A DNA stretch of 64,000 nucleotides from Phoronis australis. Taxonomy: Eukaryota > Animalia > Phoronida. A model generated the notes under the pieces. The model was not told where the DNA came from and made no database searches. It saw only the letters and a program-made list of their open reading frames with translations. Positions 39,701 through 49,800 of this stretch are shown here, piece by piece (the first letter of the stretch is position 1; each line of letters opens with the position of its first letter). Location of the stretch: positions 463,291 through 527,290 of the forward strand of contig NMRA01000080.1 in the NCBI GenBank assembly GCA_002633005.1, in the 5' to 3' direction. The position numbers and the translations under genes were made by a program.

Positions 39701-42128
39701 GCTGAGGTGGCTTTAGCCCACCCACTTTTTCAGTGATGCGCCGCCCATGTTAGAAGATTATGGGTGTGACTACGCAACCCAGAATTTTAAATTATTGCAC
39801 ATTCCTACATGAAACTTTCGACCGGTTTAATGTTACAAATAATGTCCATTTCAATTGTGTCAATAAGAGATTCACTTTCAGTTTTTTATTCCAGGTCTTT
39901 CTGACCTTCTAAGTGACATTTGCCTCACAGATCACCGATACCGAGTGACATATGACTTGAAAACGAAGGATTTTTCGAAACCAGGGCTGAGTTCCGTAGA
40001 TCTCAAGACATATTAGCTTGTACTGGCGGCAAAGTCTTCACTAATGGAATAGAAACACAATTCAACAATCCAGTCTCACCAACCACTCACTTCAGTGGCC
40101 GTTTTTTCCTAAGGCAGGCTAGTAAGCTCCAGAGCTTACTCGCAAAATATCCGCTTTTCACTCGCGGGATTTTTCAAGGTCTTTTGCTTTGATAGCAAGA
40201 AATTAGTATGTTTACGGAATGCTCGCCAGCATGTTCCATCAATTCAGAACAAGCGCTACACGTGCTATTGTGGTGAGTCGAGCATCGTTGGTGATGTTTC
40301 GGTTTAGAGAGAAAAAAGGAATATGGGTTGCTTCCTGCAGACTCAAGAATTTCGTGTGCAAAGCTAATGTGATCACGCGCTATGCTCGTCATGCATGACG
40401 ATATCTCACGAGGTTCTTGTGTCTANGCGACTACGACGTTAAGTTCAAATAGGCGCCAGGTGCGTATCCAGGGAGGGCGCTGGGCTACTGTTGTATTGCT
40501 GTATTGATGGAGTGTCGCAACTTTTCAATATCCCTAGTCATGGTGATTCTGGATCCGCGACTGCGCTTCAGCCACCAGTTTGAACCACTCCGATCAGTGG
40601 AAGTCGACTAAGTAGTGATTTGGTATTTAAGTGGTGATCAATGACACGCTGCATGCACAAGCTTTTTGGTAATCATTTAGGGGTGTCCTGGATTTTGAGA
40701 GCAACTAACTGGTTACAAAATCCGGGACCCTTCTAAATGCCTACAATTGCTAACGGTTTGACGATGAACCGTTTGTGTCTTGCAGCACTGTTTTCAATTC
40801 GTTCGTGAAACTGCATGCGGAAGTCTATATGATCGGCATCCTAGTATGAGTTGGGTACTTGTATTCGTAATTAATGCACTAGGAACATTCCCGATGTGTT
40901 TCAAAAACTTGAGTCTAAATATGTTCACAAAACATAGTCTTAGACATGGGCTGCGCAGCATAGGGGGTTGGGGGGGGGGGCTGTAACCCCCACTTTTTCA
41001 GTGCTATGCTGCACATGGTCTATAGGCGATGCACCACAGGGGGGCTGAGGTGGCTTTAGCCCACCCACTTTTTTCAGTGATGCGCCGCCCATGTTAGAAG
41101 ATTATGGGTGTGACTACGCAACCTAGAATTTTAAATTATTGCACATTCCTACATGAAACTTTCGACCGGTTTAATGTTACAAATAATGTCCATTTCAATT
41201 GTGTCAATAAGAGATTCACTTTCAGTTTTTTATTCCAGGTCTTTCTGACCTTCTAAGTAACATTTGCCTCACAGATCACCGATACCGAGTGACATATGAC
41301 TAGAAAACGAAGGATCTTTCGAAACCAGGGCTGAGTTCCGTAGATCTCAAGACATATTAGCTTGTACTGGCGGCAAAGTCTTCACTAATGGAATAGAAAC
41401 ACAATTCAACACTTCAGTCTCACCAACCACTCACTTCAGTGGCTGTTTTTTCCTAAGGCAGGCTAGTAAGCTCCAGAGCTTACTCGCAAAATATCCGCTT
41501 TTCACTCGCCGGATTTTTCAAGGTCTTTTGCTTTGATAGCAAGAAATTAGTATGTTTACGGAATGCTCGCTAGCATGTTCCATCAATTTCGAACAAGCGC
41601 TACACGTGCTATTGTGGTGAGTCGAGCATCGTTGGTGATGTTTCGGTTTAGAGAGAAAAAAAGATTCTGGGTTGCTTCCTGCAGACTCAAGAATTTCGTG
41701 TGCAAAGCTAATGTGATCACGATGACGATATCTCACGAGGTTCTTGTGTCTAATGAACGCAAGCCTGTGGGTCAGCATGTGCTTTCCTGGCAACATTAGT
41801 GCGAAGACCGACCTACTGATACAACTAAATTCTGAAAGGGCTAGTCGCACATGATATAACAATGCGGCATGATATTGTCCTTCACGTATTTATTACCAGC
41901 CTCAATGAGAAAGCGAAATGGTTTTGAATCATCATTCGCTGCGATACATGCCTATGTGTATGTTATTTCACGAGGTAAATTGTCTCTGCGTGGGTAAAAA
42001 TTTAATGTGGAGTTTGTCTTCCAAACAGGGTGAAAGGTGCGCTGTCCAATTCCAAGGAATTTGCAGAAGCCTTCAACTGCCCGGTAGGATCTACCATGAA
42101 CCCGGCTAACAAGTGTGCGGTGTGGTAA
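6718..42128 (+). CDS. Neprilysin-like M13 zinc metallopeptidase (type II membrane protein), 22 coding exons, about 766 aa
   Basis: Phase-consistent GT-AG exons: 6718-6791 (or 9242-9267), 11267-11442, 15230-15268 (duplicate 15900-15938), 17275-17436, 18331-18414, 20478-20680, 21933-22112, 22501-22590, 23295-23428, 24040-24133, 24592-24720, 25365-25463, 25856-25933, 29556-29659, 29820-29878, 30009-30060, 30590-30657, 31985-32115, 34403-34468, 34900-35001, one of 36552-36628 / 37332-37408 / 38694-38770, and 42029-42128. Motifs: [95 protein letters not shown]. Confidence 0.95.
8159..8321. mobile_element. hAT-like MITE with 5-bp TSD
   Basis: TIRs CAGTGGCGGAT / ATCCGCCCCTG; TSD TTTTG; inverted homologue at 23516-23675. 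Confidence 0.8.
9242..9267 (+). CDS. Neprilysin candidate alternative N-terminal exon 1b (MLVTGGGG)
   Basis: ATG at 9242, AG|GTAATT donor at 9268, phase 2 matching the TM exon. It is short, so a chance match is possible. Confidence 0.4.
10468..10662. repeat. 38-bp minisatellite, about 5 copies
   Basis: Unit GAGAAATTAGGATACCCACTCATTCAGAGAGTGGATTC (copies start at 10581 and 10619); each unit has an internal CCACTC/GAGTGG stem; no spacers. Confidence 0.9.
11267..11442 (+). CDS. Neprilysin signal-anchor (transmembrane) exon
   Basis: WWKRRTKCE followed by hydrophobic [22 protein letters not shown]; tttcag acceptor and GTGAGT donor. Confidence 0.9.
13373..14548. mobile_element. Non-autonomous TIR element with internal direct/inverted duplications
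   Basis: TIR AGAGAGGTTTCGCAAAGCGACGTGAAC.TGAATTATCACGCAT of about 43 bp at both ends; flanks ATT/GTT; an internal block of about 100 bp repeated at 14091 and 14306 with a partial inverted copy between. Confidence 0.8.
15224..17418. other. Probable uncollapsed haplotype duplication (15224-15892 vs 15894-17418)
   Basis: Near-identical copies joined by a single N at 15893; the first copy ends mid-exon; the copies differ by SNPs and indels. Confidence 0.8.
16414..16667. mobile_element. MITE of the CATGCGCGCACCCA-terminal family (other copies near 21362-21609 and 61464)
   Basis: Termini CATGCGCTCGCCCAGG / GGCTGTGTGCGCGCAG; internal AAAAAGGTCCGCCTCAGAGAAA shared with the 21362 copy. Confidence 0.6.
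18545..19507 (+). mobile_element. Internally deleted Kolobok-like element with THAP remnant, nested in a hairpin MITE
   Basis: TTAA at 18541-18544 and TGAA at 19508-19511; 15-bp TIR AGGAGAATGCCACCC with 1 mismatch; ORF 18705-18935 CIVPAC...FFRLLRD...RKW...SVSGRHF (THAP with the third Cys changed to Ser). Confidence 0.8.
20264..20375 (+). mobile_element. Degenerate solo terminus related to the 1342 Kolobok-like TIR
   Basis: TAAAGGTGAAGGCAATCTTTTTCGTGTCATTTT...TTCGTAATTTTATTAATTA aligns by eye to 1339-1448. Confidence 0.65.
23516..23675. mobile_element. hAT-like MITE with 5-bp TSD
   Basis: TIRs CAGGGGCGGAT / ATCTGCCACTG; perfect TSD CCACT; reverse copy of 8159-8321. Confidence 0.85.
25613..25804. 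repeat. Fold-back element, about 185 bp
   Basis: Arms TAAGAGAGAATTATTAGTCTTCT / AGAAGACTAATAATTCTTTCTTA, inner GTGACCTACA / TGTAGGTCAC, followed by TTATACCACA. Confidence 0.7.
26089..28882 (-). mobile_element. Academ-like DNA transposon remnant in a neprilysin intron
   Basis: Imperfect TIRs of about 300 bp (about 26089-26395 vs 28440-28834). Degraded minus-strand fragments [56 protein letters not shown] and [11 protein letters not shown] resemble the transposase plus XPG-like nuclease of Academ. Exact ends are uncertain. Confidence 0.7.
28517..28608. mobile_element. 92-bp palindromic MITE inserted into the right TIR of the Academ-like element
   Basis: AACAGCTTATT...AAAATGACAT agg CATGTCATTTT...AATAAGCTGTT; absent from the corresponding left TIR; TAA on both sides. 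Confidence 0.75.
30590..30657 (+). CDS. Neprilysin zinc-binding HExxH exon
   Basis: [22 protein letters not shown]; the third ligand motif GENIADNGG is in exon 34403-34468. Confidence 0.95.
33921..34178. mobile_element. hAT-like MITE with 5-bp TSD
   Basis: TIRs CAGTGGCAGATCTAC / GTAGATCCGCCTCTG; perfect TSD ATCTG. Confidence 0.85.
36552..36628 (+). CDS. Neprilysin penultimate exon variant A ([26 protein letters not shown])
   Basis: 77 nt, phase 0/2, AG acceptor, GTATTA donor, open frame; keeps WCG and HSP..FR. Confidence 0.85.
37332..37408 (+). CDS. Neprilysin penultimate exon variant B ([26 protein letters not shown])
   Basis: 77 nt, phase 0/2, good polypyrimidine tract, GTTGAG donor; C, G, P, I, H and R are in register with variants A and C. 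Confidence 0.75.
38694..38770 (+). CDS. Neprilysin penultimate exon variant C ([26 protein letters not shown]), closest to canonical
   Basis: 77 nt, phase 0/2, tttcag acceptor, GTAAAC donor; resembles the neprilysin segment [26 protein letters not shown]. Confidence 0.9.
39084..41752. other. Probable uncollapsed haplotype duplication (39084-40425 vs 40427-41752)
   Basis: Two near-identical intronic copies of about 1.33 kb joined by a single N at 40426; SNPs and a 17-bp indel. Confidence 0.8.
39602..39749. mobile_element. Dimeric mini-MITE with 5-bp TSD
   Basis: CATGGGCTGCGCA...TGCGCCGCCCATG, two units of about 70 bp, TSD TTAGA. Confidence 0.75.
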
Positions 42129-43839
42129 TCGAGGTGTCGGGTCATATACTCTATTTGAGATCGCACGTGCACTGCGCTAGCCAACAGCGGGCAGAATTAT
42201 GAAGGCAAAAGTAAAATTACGTCTGGTGTTGGGATCATTTCCTCAAGTTATTTTGAATGATTTTTGATACCTTAAGCATTAACCTCAGTCTAATTTGCAT
42301 TTGCATGAGCGATTTTATACTTATAAGAAAGATTGAGACATGTTTTTTTATTTGTTGTCGGAATGGCTGAGCGGGTTTGTACAATTTCTTGGACAAGGTT
42401 GGAGATGTGTCTATCGGGGCCAGTGGCCAGTTTTATCAGAGGTCGTCTACACTGGCGTATTCGGAAGTGTTACAGAGGGTCAAACACAAAATTGTTCACG
42501 ACCATGGTAGGCCCTGGGAAAGGGTTTTTATGTAATGAACAAGGGGACATGGCCCGTTGTACCAAATCTCCTCGGCTACGCCAGTGGTGATACAATCGGT
42601 CGCAGCAATGACGTGGCCTTGCATTAGCGATTGATAGCACGACGAGGCACAACACACAGTTATACTTTGAGAACTATTAGTCAGCTGTTAATAAAACGGC
42701 CCTAGCTAAAAACCGTAATCTATGCCTTGTACAAAATATAACATCACCCAAAACTCAAGGTATATGTGAAGACCGGCGCTTTTCACGTTTCGTTAATTCA
42801 GAACAGGTTTATGTAATGTATTATAAAAATACCATATTGTAAATAATTTTCTTTTTAAGAAATCTCTATACTCCTATACATGTACATGTTCGTTGACAGG
42901 TGGCTGTTGACTGGCTACTCAATCAGAATCAGATAACTTTTGCACCAATCAGATTATGTAAATACATGTTTCAGTTGTGTCTTGATGAGCAAATAGTTAT
43001 GTAACTGGACTTGTTTGAATAATAACTTAAACTAATCATGTTTTCATCCTATTGAAGTGCTTGTTGTACTAAAGAAAGTCTGTTCCACTGTAACCGTGAA
43101 GGGACGATTACATCACTGAATTTCGGTGGCAGCTTTCAGCGTCATGTATGGAGCTTCGCCAAAGTCTCGTTTTGGACTTGTACTCAGTGGTTTTTAACCG
43201 AAACTATGGATGCAACTTAGTAAAGACCAACTTCAATTCATTTTCAGTGTCAAGTAAAAATCAGGAATTTATTTGATGATTACCAACTCAAGTCATTACG
43301 GCAAAATTACATCAGGCAGCAATCCTATTTCTGCCGGGAATTTCCGAAAATAGACTCATAGGCGAATATTGGACATTTCAAAAACGTCAAATGAAATGGA
43401 ATATACGCCAAGGCATATTTGCAGGAAAGAGGGGCGTATTTTTGGAAACTGTGTCATTAAAATTACTAAGTTACGAACAAAGTCGTCCAATATTTCCTTA
43501 AATGACAGTCATTTGAGTGCTATGTCTAAACGGCCTAGACAGAAGACTTCAGATGTCTTTACGATGTTGAACTCTTGCTGTGAGATACTTTCCTTCCTTC
43601 ACCTTCCTTTCACAGGAGAAAGAAGTAATCCAATGACACTAATGTTCCAAACTAGCTCACTGTCCAAGAACAATGCTGTCACTCTTTTGAAACGCAATCC
43701 AACAAAAAACGTCAATCTCTCCACAAAGTGTCCAGCAGGGTCAGACCAACGTTTTAGTTCCAACCCTGAAGAGGGAACTCCAAGAAAAGTCACCTTCCAG
43801 GTAAGTACACATCCTCAATGCAAGTGTGGAGTAACAGGG

Positions 43840-46800
43840 TCACCTTTCAAATACCAGAATCAGTTCACAGTGCCTGGTTTGTGGGAACATGTCTACAGGT
43901 AAAGTCCGCCTAAGATTAAATGATTTGCCGTGAACTTTCTCACTAGGTGGTTGACATAACCTGAAGATAAACATCCACAACTGTGAAATATACAGCAAAC
44001 GGGTAAATGTACTAAACAACTAGGACAAGAAAACATTACCAAAGTAGCCAATTATCATCCTACATCATGGGCGGTGCACCATAGGTGACTGGGGGCTATA
44101 GCCCCCCATTTTTTTCAGTGCTGCGCCTCCCATGTAGTGAGTCACATTTCTCAACCTAAATTAAGACTTGAAAGGACACCAAACCTGGATTTGACTATAA
44201 ACGGATATTAACATGGACTGAACACTAAACCTTTGAAACAAATGCCATATAAAAAATTGACAATTCTTTTAAGTTTGATTCAAGTTCCGACAGCTCCTTA
44301 CAACATCTGATCAACCAACAAGCATGACTGAGGCTTCAGGGGAGATAATGGACAATTGTGAGGACAGGCCATATGCGTCGAACCACCTAACACAATTTGT
44401 GAAACATTGAGGATTTTGTTTAAGGTGACCAGTACTTTCATCTTTCCCGAGAAGTGTAATTCAATAAGAGTTATGAGTGAAATCACCAAAACATGGTTCA
44501 GTATCCCTTTAACAAAATTGCTGATACCAAGTATGGTTCCAATGCAACATTCTTTTTGATGCGTGTATCAACTATCATATGTAAGACTAATAACCTAAAT
44601 TGGGTCTCAATATACATCAAATTTAGTATACAGATTAGCAAAAATCTCTTGAATGAGCAAAAGTCCCTAGAGGTGAGCCTCTACACCAAGTCTCAGAGCT
44701 GATGGTTCAATATTCCTATGGCTTCGTCAAAGTTTCAGATGTACATGTATGGTGTAACCCCAGAAGGGAACCAGATAAAAAATGACACAAAATCACTTGA
44801 AAATTAGTTGCCAGACTTGGCTTCAAAATTAGGAGGCAAAATTTCCGCAACTTTTTTGAAAACTACCAGTACACTACCAAGGAACACCATTCTGATGTCA
44901 CCACAGGATTCCATCCTGTTTGACAGTGACTACAGATCAATAAGGTATGAGTGCTTTAAATGATTACGAAACCTTGTGTTTCACTTTCCAATAGGCCAGC
45001 TGATTGTAAATCCCATATAACACTGCCAATAATATTTAATACTCACTTGACAAAGTTTGTTGAGAGGTAACCAAAGGGCTTACAGCTGACATAAACTATC
45101 TTGCGCACCGCTTCACACTGGCGCAAAGCATTCAAAACGGTGGTACCTGTTAAAAAGTAAGCACCACATTATATTTTTAAAAATTTTTAAAACCTTAAGT
45201 TCACATACTCCAGTACACATGCTGGGTACAATTTGAGCACATGAACATGCGGTCACATGGCAATAAAATTCAAGCCGTTTCTTTCATGCACATGACGTTT
45301 CTGTGATCATCAAGAAGTATTACACATGCAGAATTACATTTATTGAACCTAAACATGGGCGGCGCACCGTAGGGGGCAGGGGGGCTGTGGCCCCCCACTT
45401 ATTTCAGCACTGCGCTTACCATGGACTCCAAGGGCGGCGCATCATAGGGGGCTGGGGGCTATAGTGCCCTACTTATTTCAGTGCTGCGCCACCCATGCTA
45501 AATACTACTGACAGCAATAGAAAAAACATCTTGTGTTAAAAAGTTAAGAATATCATGCCCAAGAGAATCAAAATGTAAAAAAGCTGACCACTAAAGAAGA
45601 AAATTGAAAAATACAAGGCAGTCTCCTATTACTGTTAATAGTTTTCAAAAAATTTCCTCTTGTCAAAACTCGGTAAAAATTGGAAGAAAAAAATCTCCCG
45701 CCACCTAATTTTCAACAGATTTAATGTTAGTAAGTTTCACTTGGTTTCCTTCTAGGTTCTTTCATAACTTTGATAGATAAGATGAATTTCAACAAATCTT
45801 GTCAACTTTTTGAAAACTAATGTATAACAGAAAATACCAACAAGGATGCAAAACATTAATCCTTCACAAACAATATACACTGTAGACATGATACTCAGAA
45901 TGGAGGTAAGTGAAATACGCCATTACAGGAAGCTGTCCATCATGGCCAAGAATAATGGACAAATACAAGACTCAAGGAATGGTGAGTTGTAACAGCTAAA
46001 TACCTAGTGCTGTAAATGGAATTAGTTGTCCTGACAGTGAATGCACAATTTATCAAATTACTTTCGCATTCACGTTACCCAGCACCATCCTTACACACAA
46101 CGCCTGGTTCAAGCTTACCAAATCCTGCACGTCCAGGGTTTAAGATAGCCACCACATCTTTTTCAACCTTCAGTTTGTCTTCCTTCATCAATTTCTTCAG
46201 CACCTTTTCAGCACGACCACAGAAGTAAGAGGTGTTGTCCAACCCTAGAGCACACTAAGAGCATTTAATGGAAGCCTGACTTTACCTCAGCATAACACTT
46301 AACATAAGACTGATTACCCGAAAAAATCAAAAGAAAATGGAGCCCTCAGTCACACTGTTCATGAGACTCTGGAGAATTTGGCATCTTTCTGAATTAAACG
46401 GTCAGGAGATCTCTCCAGAAAATCAAGAGGACTTCACAATCTTTCACACAAAATCACTAAGACCCGAGTTTTTCAAGGTTACATGGAGCTTCCTAAAATA
46501 TACAAGCTCTACACCTAAAGCAGGGACACTGGCAACTATGATGTCTGCATGAAGCATACATCAACATGAAAACTAAAAGCAGCTTGTATCCACAGAGACA
46601 ACAATGAGGACATGTTCCATACAAGGTCTCCCATAAAATATTTTTTTGCACTTTTCTGGCATGGGAAGGTCTGTAGGTAATAGATTTTACTTAATGTTTA
46701 CTTTCCATATTCTTTTTCATAATTACTGCGACAAATGTCATACTTACAAAAGGGAAAATATATCATTTGTCAGATGTCAAAAAAATGTTTTGAATTAGGC

Positions 46801-49800
46801 ACGTATTTTCAGGGCTTGGAATGACCAATGGCGAAAAACGCGGAAATTTTTACGGCCCGAAACATGCGTGCAGCCAGCCTTGAAAAAGTCGGTGTGGACC
46901 TTTTGCTGACAAAAATCGGGAGGACTAAAAAAAAAAAACGGTACCACCTCCGGAAGCATGCGTCTGCGTCTGTCTAAGCTCATCCGCCACTCCCACCTCC
47001 AAACATTTTTTGGCTGTAGAGTCGTAGTATTTGTCACCGCGGTTTACAATCACACGAGCCGTCATTGAGGAAATCCACCACGCTATCCCAGATGCCCCGG
47101 CAATGTTGACAATTTACGTTCCTCCGATACATAAAGAGCAACTTCCGCTTTTCGAGGTGAAAGTCGTCGGCAATGCGGCTGTAAGAAAGAAATTTGCCAC
47201 GGAAATTTTATATCAAATCCGATTTTTTTTACGCAGAAATATAATAAAATACGCGGACAGAACATTTGAAAAAAGCGAAAATCCGTGTTTCCGCGGAAAA
47301 TTCCAAGCCCGGTAATTTACACAATGTCGTGAGTGGAAGTGCCTCACCATTCAACTGTGCATTATGCTTGGCATCCTCCAACGCTTCACTACAAGTCTCG
47401 ATGCCAATCACCTCTTTTACATGTCTTGCCATCGTCTGACCAATAGTACCTGGACAGAAACAAAAAACTAGTCAATAAGTAGCACAGTACATAGCCTTGA
47501 TACAAAACTGTATAAGTGGCTGTGCAACAATGTGCATGAAAAAACTAGGGAAATAAAATCCGACTCAAAAATAGTGTCATTAAAAACTACACCCTTCCTT
47601 GCGTAGACCAAATAGTTTACAGAATGCTAAAAAAGAATTGTTATATTGTTATTCTGCCACCAAATTTGTGAAGCGGTAACAAGTTTAGCATTCAGTTTCA
47701 GCTCTATCAAGAAAATGTCGCCAATTTCTTTGTTGGAGATTCTTCTATCAACTGCTCTTCTCTCACAAGGTTGTGCACAGCTCAAAACAAATTACTGGAA
47801 TTGGTTGCATTGCATTCTTAGTTTAAATTACCAGCAAACCAAATTAATGAACAAACTTTGCTTTGGCAAAGTTATCGTCACCTCCCGAAAGATATTGCCA
47901 GAGAACAATGCAAGTAAATAAAATTTAACAGTCTTTTCACAGCTGCAATGGGCAAGGTGAGTCACTGACTCTCAGATTTTGCATGTGCCACATCCGGTTG
48001 TTAGCTCTTATGTTAATATAATATTCACGACAAGGTAAGTCACAGAACTACTTGTCTGGTGTGAAATTTCGAGGCCTCCTTAAAATTTACGTGCATTCTT
48101 TCCTCACTGCATAATTCAACATCCCAATCTCAGTGACCATTCAACACTTTGCTAGGGTTCTCTAGTAATCTCCCGAGCATACTCGTGAAACACTGGCATT
48201 TGACTCCAGAGAATTTGCATGGCTTTGCATGATCTTGGTTTTTCGCTAGGTTCTTTCATCTATTGAACAGAGCCCAGTGAAGGCACTTCAGGTTATCGCT
48301 ATAGCAACTGTGACAGTGTTTTTGAGACTAAATTGAGCAGTGAATAATTGCAGCAAAAGAAATTAGGTACAAATTATAGTAACCCACTGCTTTGTTATAA
48401 ACAAACCCTTTTATTTGAGGTGTTAAAATCTCACAGTCATTTGCCTCAACAAACGGCAGATTGATATGATCTCTCAAATTAATTTCAACATGCTATCTAC
48501 TTCCAGAAAGCATCTAATTTTTATGGAGGTACATTGTGTAATCTTATTGTTTTGTCCATATTCAGCTAAATGTACATCTTTGCTGATAAGTTAACTCAGA
48601 ATGACAAGACACCGACATCTACCAACGCACCAGTACCACAGCAAACATCCAGCACAACTGTGTCTTTGCCGACATCAGCCATTTCTCTCAACTTGTTGAA
48701 CAGTACTTCAGCACAGGGAACATTGATTTGGAAGAAGGCGCCGGGAGATATGCGAAAGTCGAGTCCGCAAACGGTCTCATGCAGATACGGAGTGCCAAAA
48801 AGTGGCTGGAAAGGAGCCACACCTCCAGAACACCGTGTGTAAGGGCTAGAAAAACAGAACAACAGGTGCAAATAAAAACATTAGGAGTTTACGAAAGGGT
48901 CGTAAGAAGAGCAAGCATTGGCATGACCAAGTTTTTAAAACTTTCTTCTGAAATACATTTGTTGCAGTCGATTACACTGCATGTAAGTGATTGTGCAGTA
49001 TAAATTTCAATAAAACATAAATTTACAGGAAAAAAAATTCAATAGTAAGCATAGCACATAACTACATACTGCTGACATACAACTTTGTCTGAACCACTTC
49101 CTAAGAAATTTAGAGGTCCCTCAAATGAGCAAGTTGACAATTTCTTATTTGTTTAGAGGTTCCAGTGAGATTAAGTGGATTTTCCCGATTGTTTTTCCCA
49201 GCCAACTGCTTTTGGTTGAGAAGTAATTTCTTTCACTGGCCTTATGCATGTAACAATAATGAAACAAACCACCTCGATGTAACATAGCGCCAAAACTATC
49301 AGACTTACCATTCTTGGAACAGTAAAGATGTAAAATGACATTCATCTCTTCCAGTTCCACGGAGAAAGTAATCACTCAATTCTTTTTTTGCCTCAGCAAT
49401 CGCATCCTGGAAACACACGGTAAGAGCATGACGTGGTAACATATGACCCCAACAAAAGCCAGTTTACATCATGATGACAGAGTAACAAATGAATGACTAA
49501 CAGTACATTGCCAAGAATAATGATGGCTACGTGTAATCATTCATGACAGTAGCCTTGAGCTATGATGAGAGTTGAGTAAAGCCACTACACAATCGTGTAG
49601 TTTCAAACGAACCAGTATTTCCAGAAAGTCACTTACGACCTAATGGAGAGTTATGTGCTACAAAAATTCATTCTTCACTGACATGAATCCTCCAGGTAAA
49701 AAACACCATGGGAACAACAATGCACACACCAAGGAAAGGAAAAAATTGCAATTTTGTTTGGACCAAAGGAGGTGAATATGCGATATCAGGGATACAAAGG

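Noticed and set aside
40178-40275. Possible fourth active-site exon variant (VFC...HVP)
   Set aside because: Cys-His spacing is wrong, there is no donor at the expected position, and the other haplotype copy has a stop.
39084-41752. Genuine 1.3-kb tandem duplication or LTR pair
   Set aside because: Single-N junction, allele-level divergence, and no PBS, PPT or TSD.
43369-43902. 177-aa plus-strand ORF
   Set aside because: Antisense to the TRMT2B-like last exon and 3' UTR, non-ATG start, no recognisable motif.
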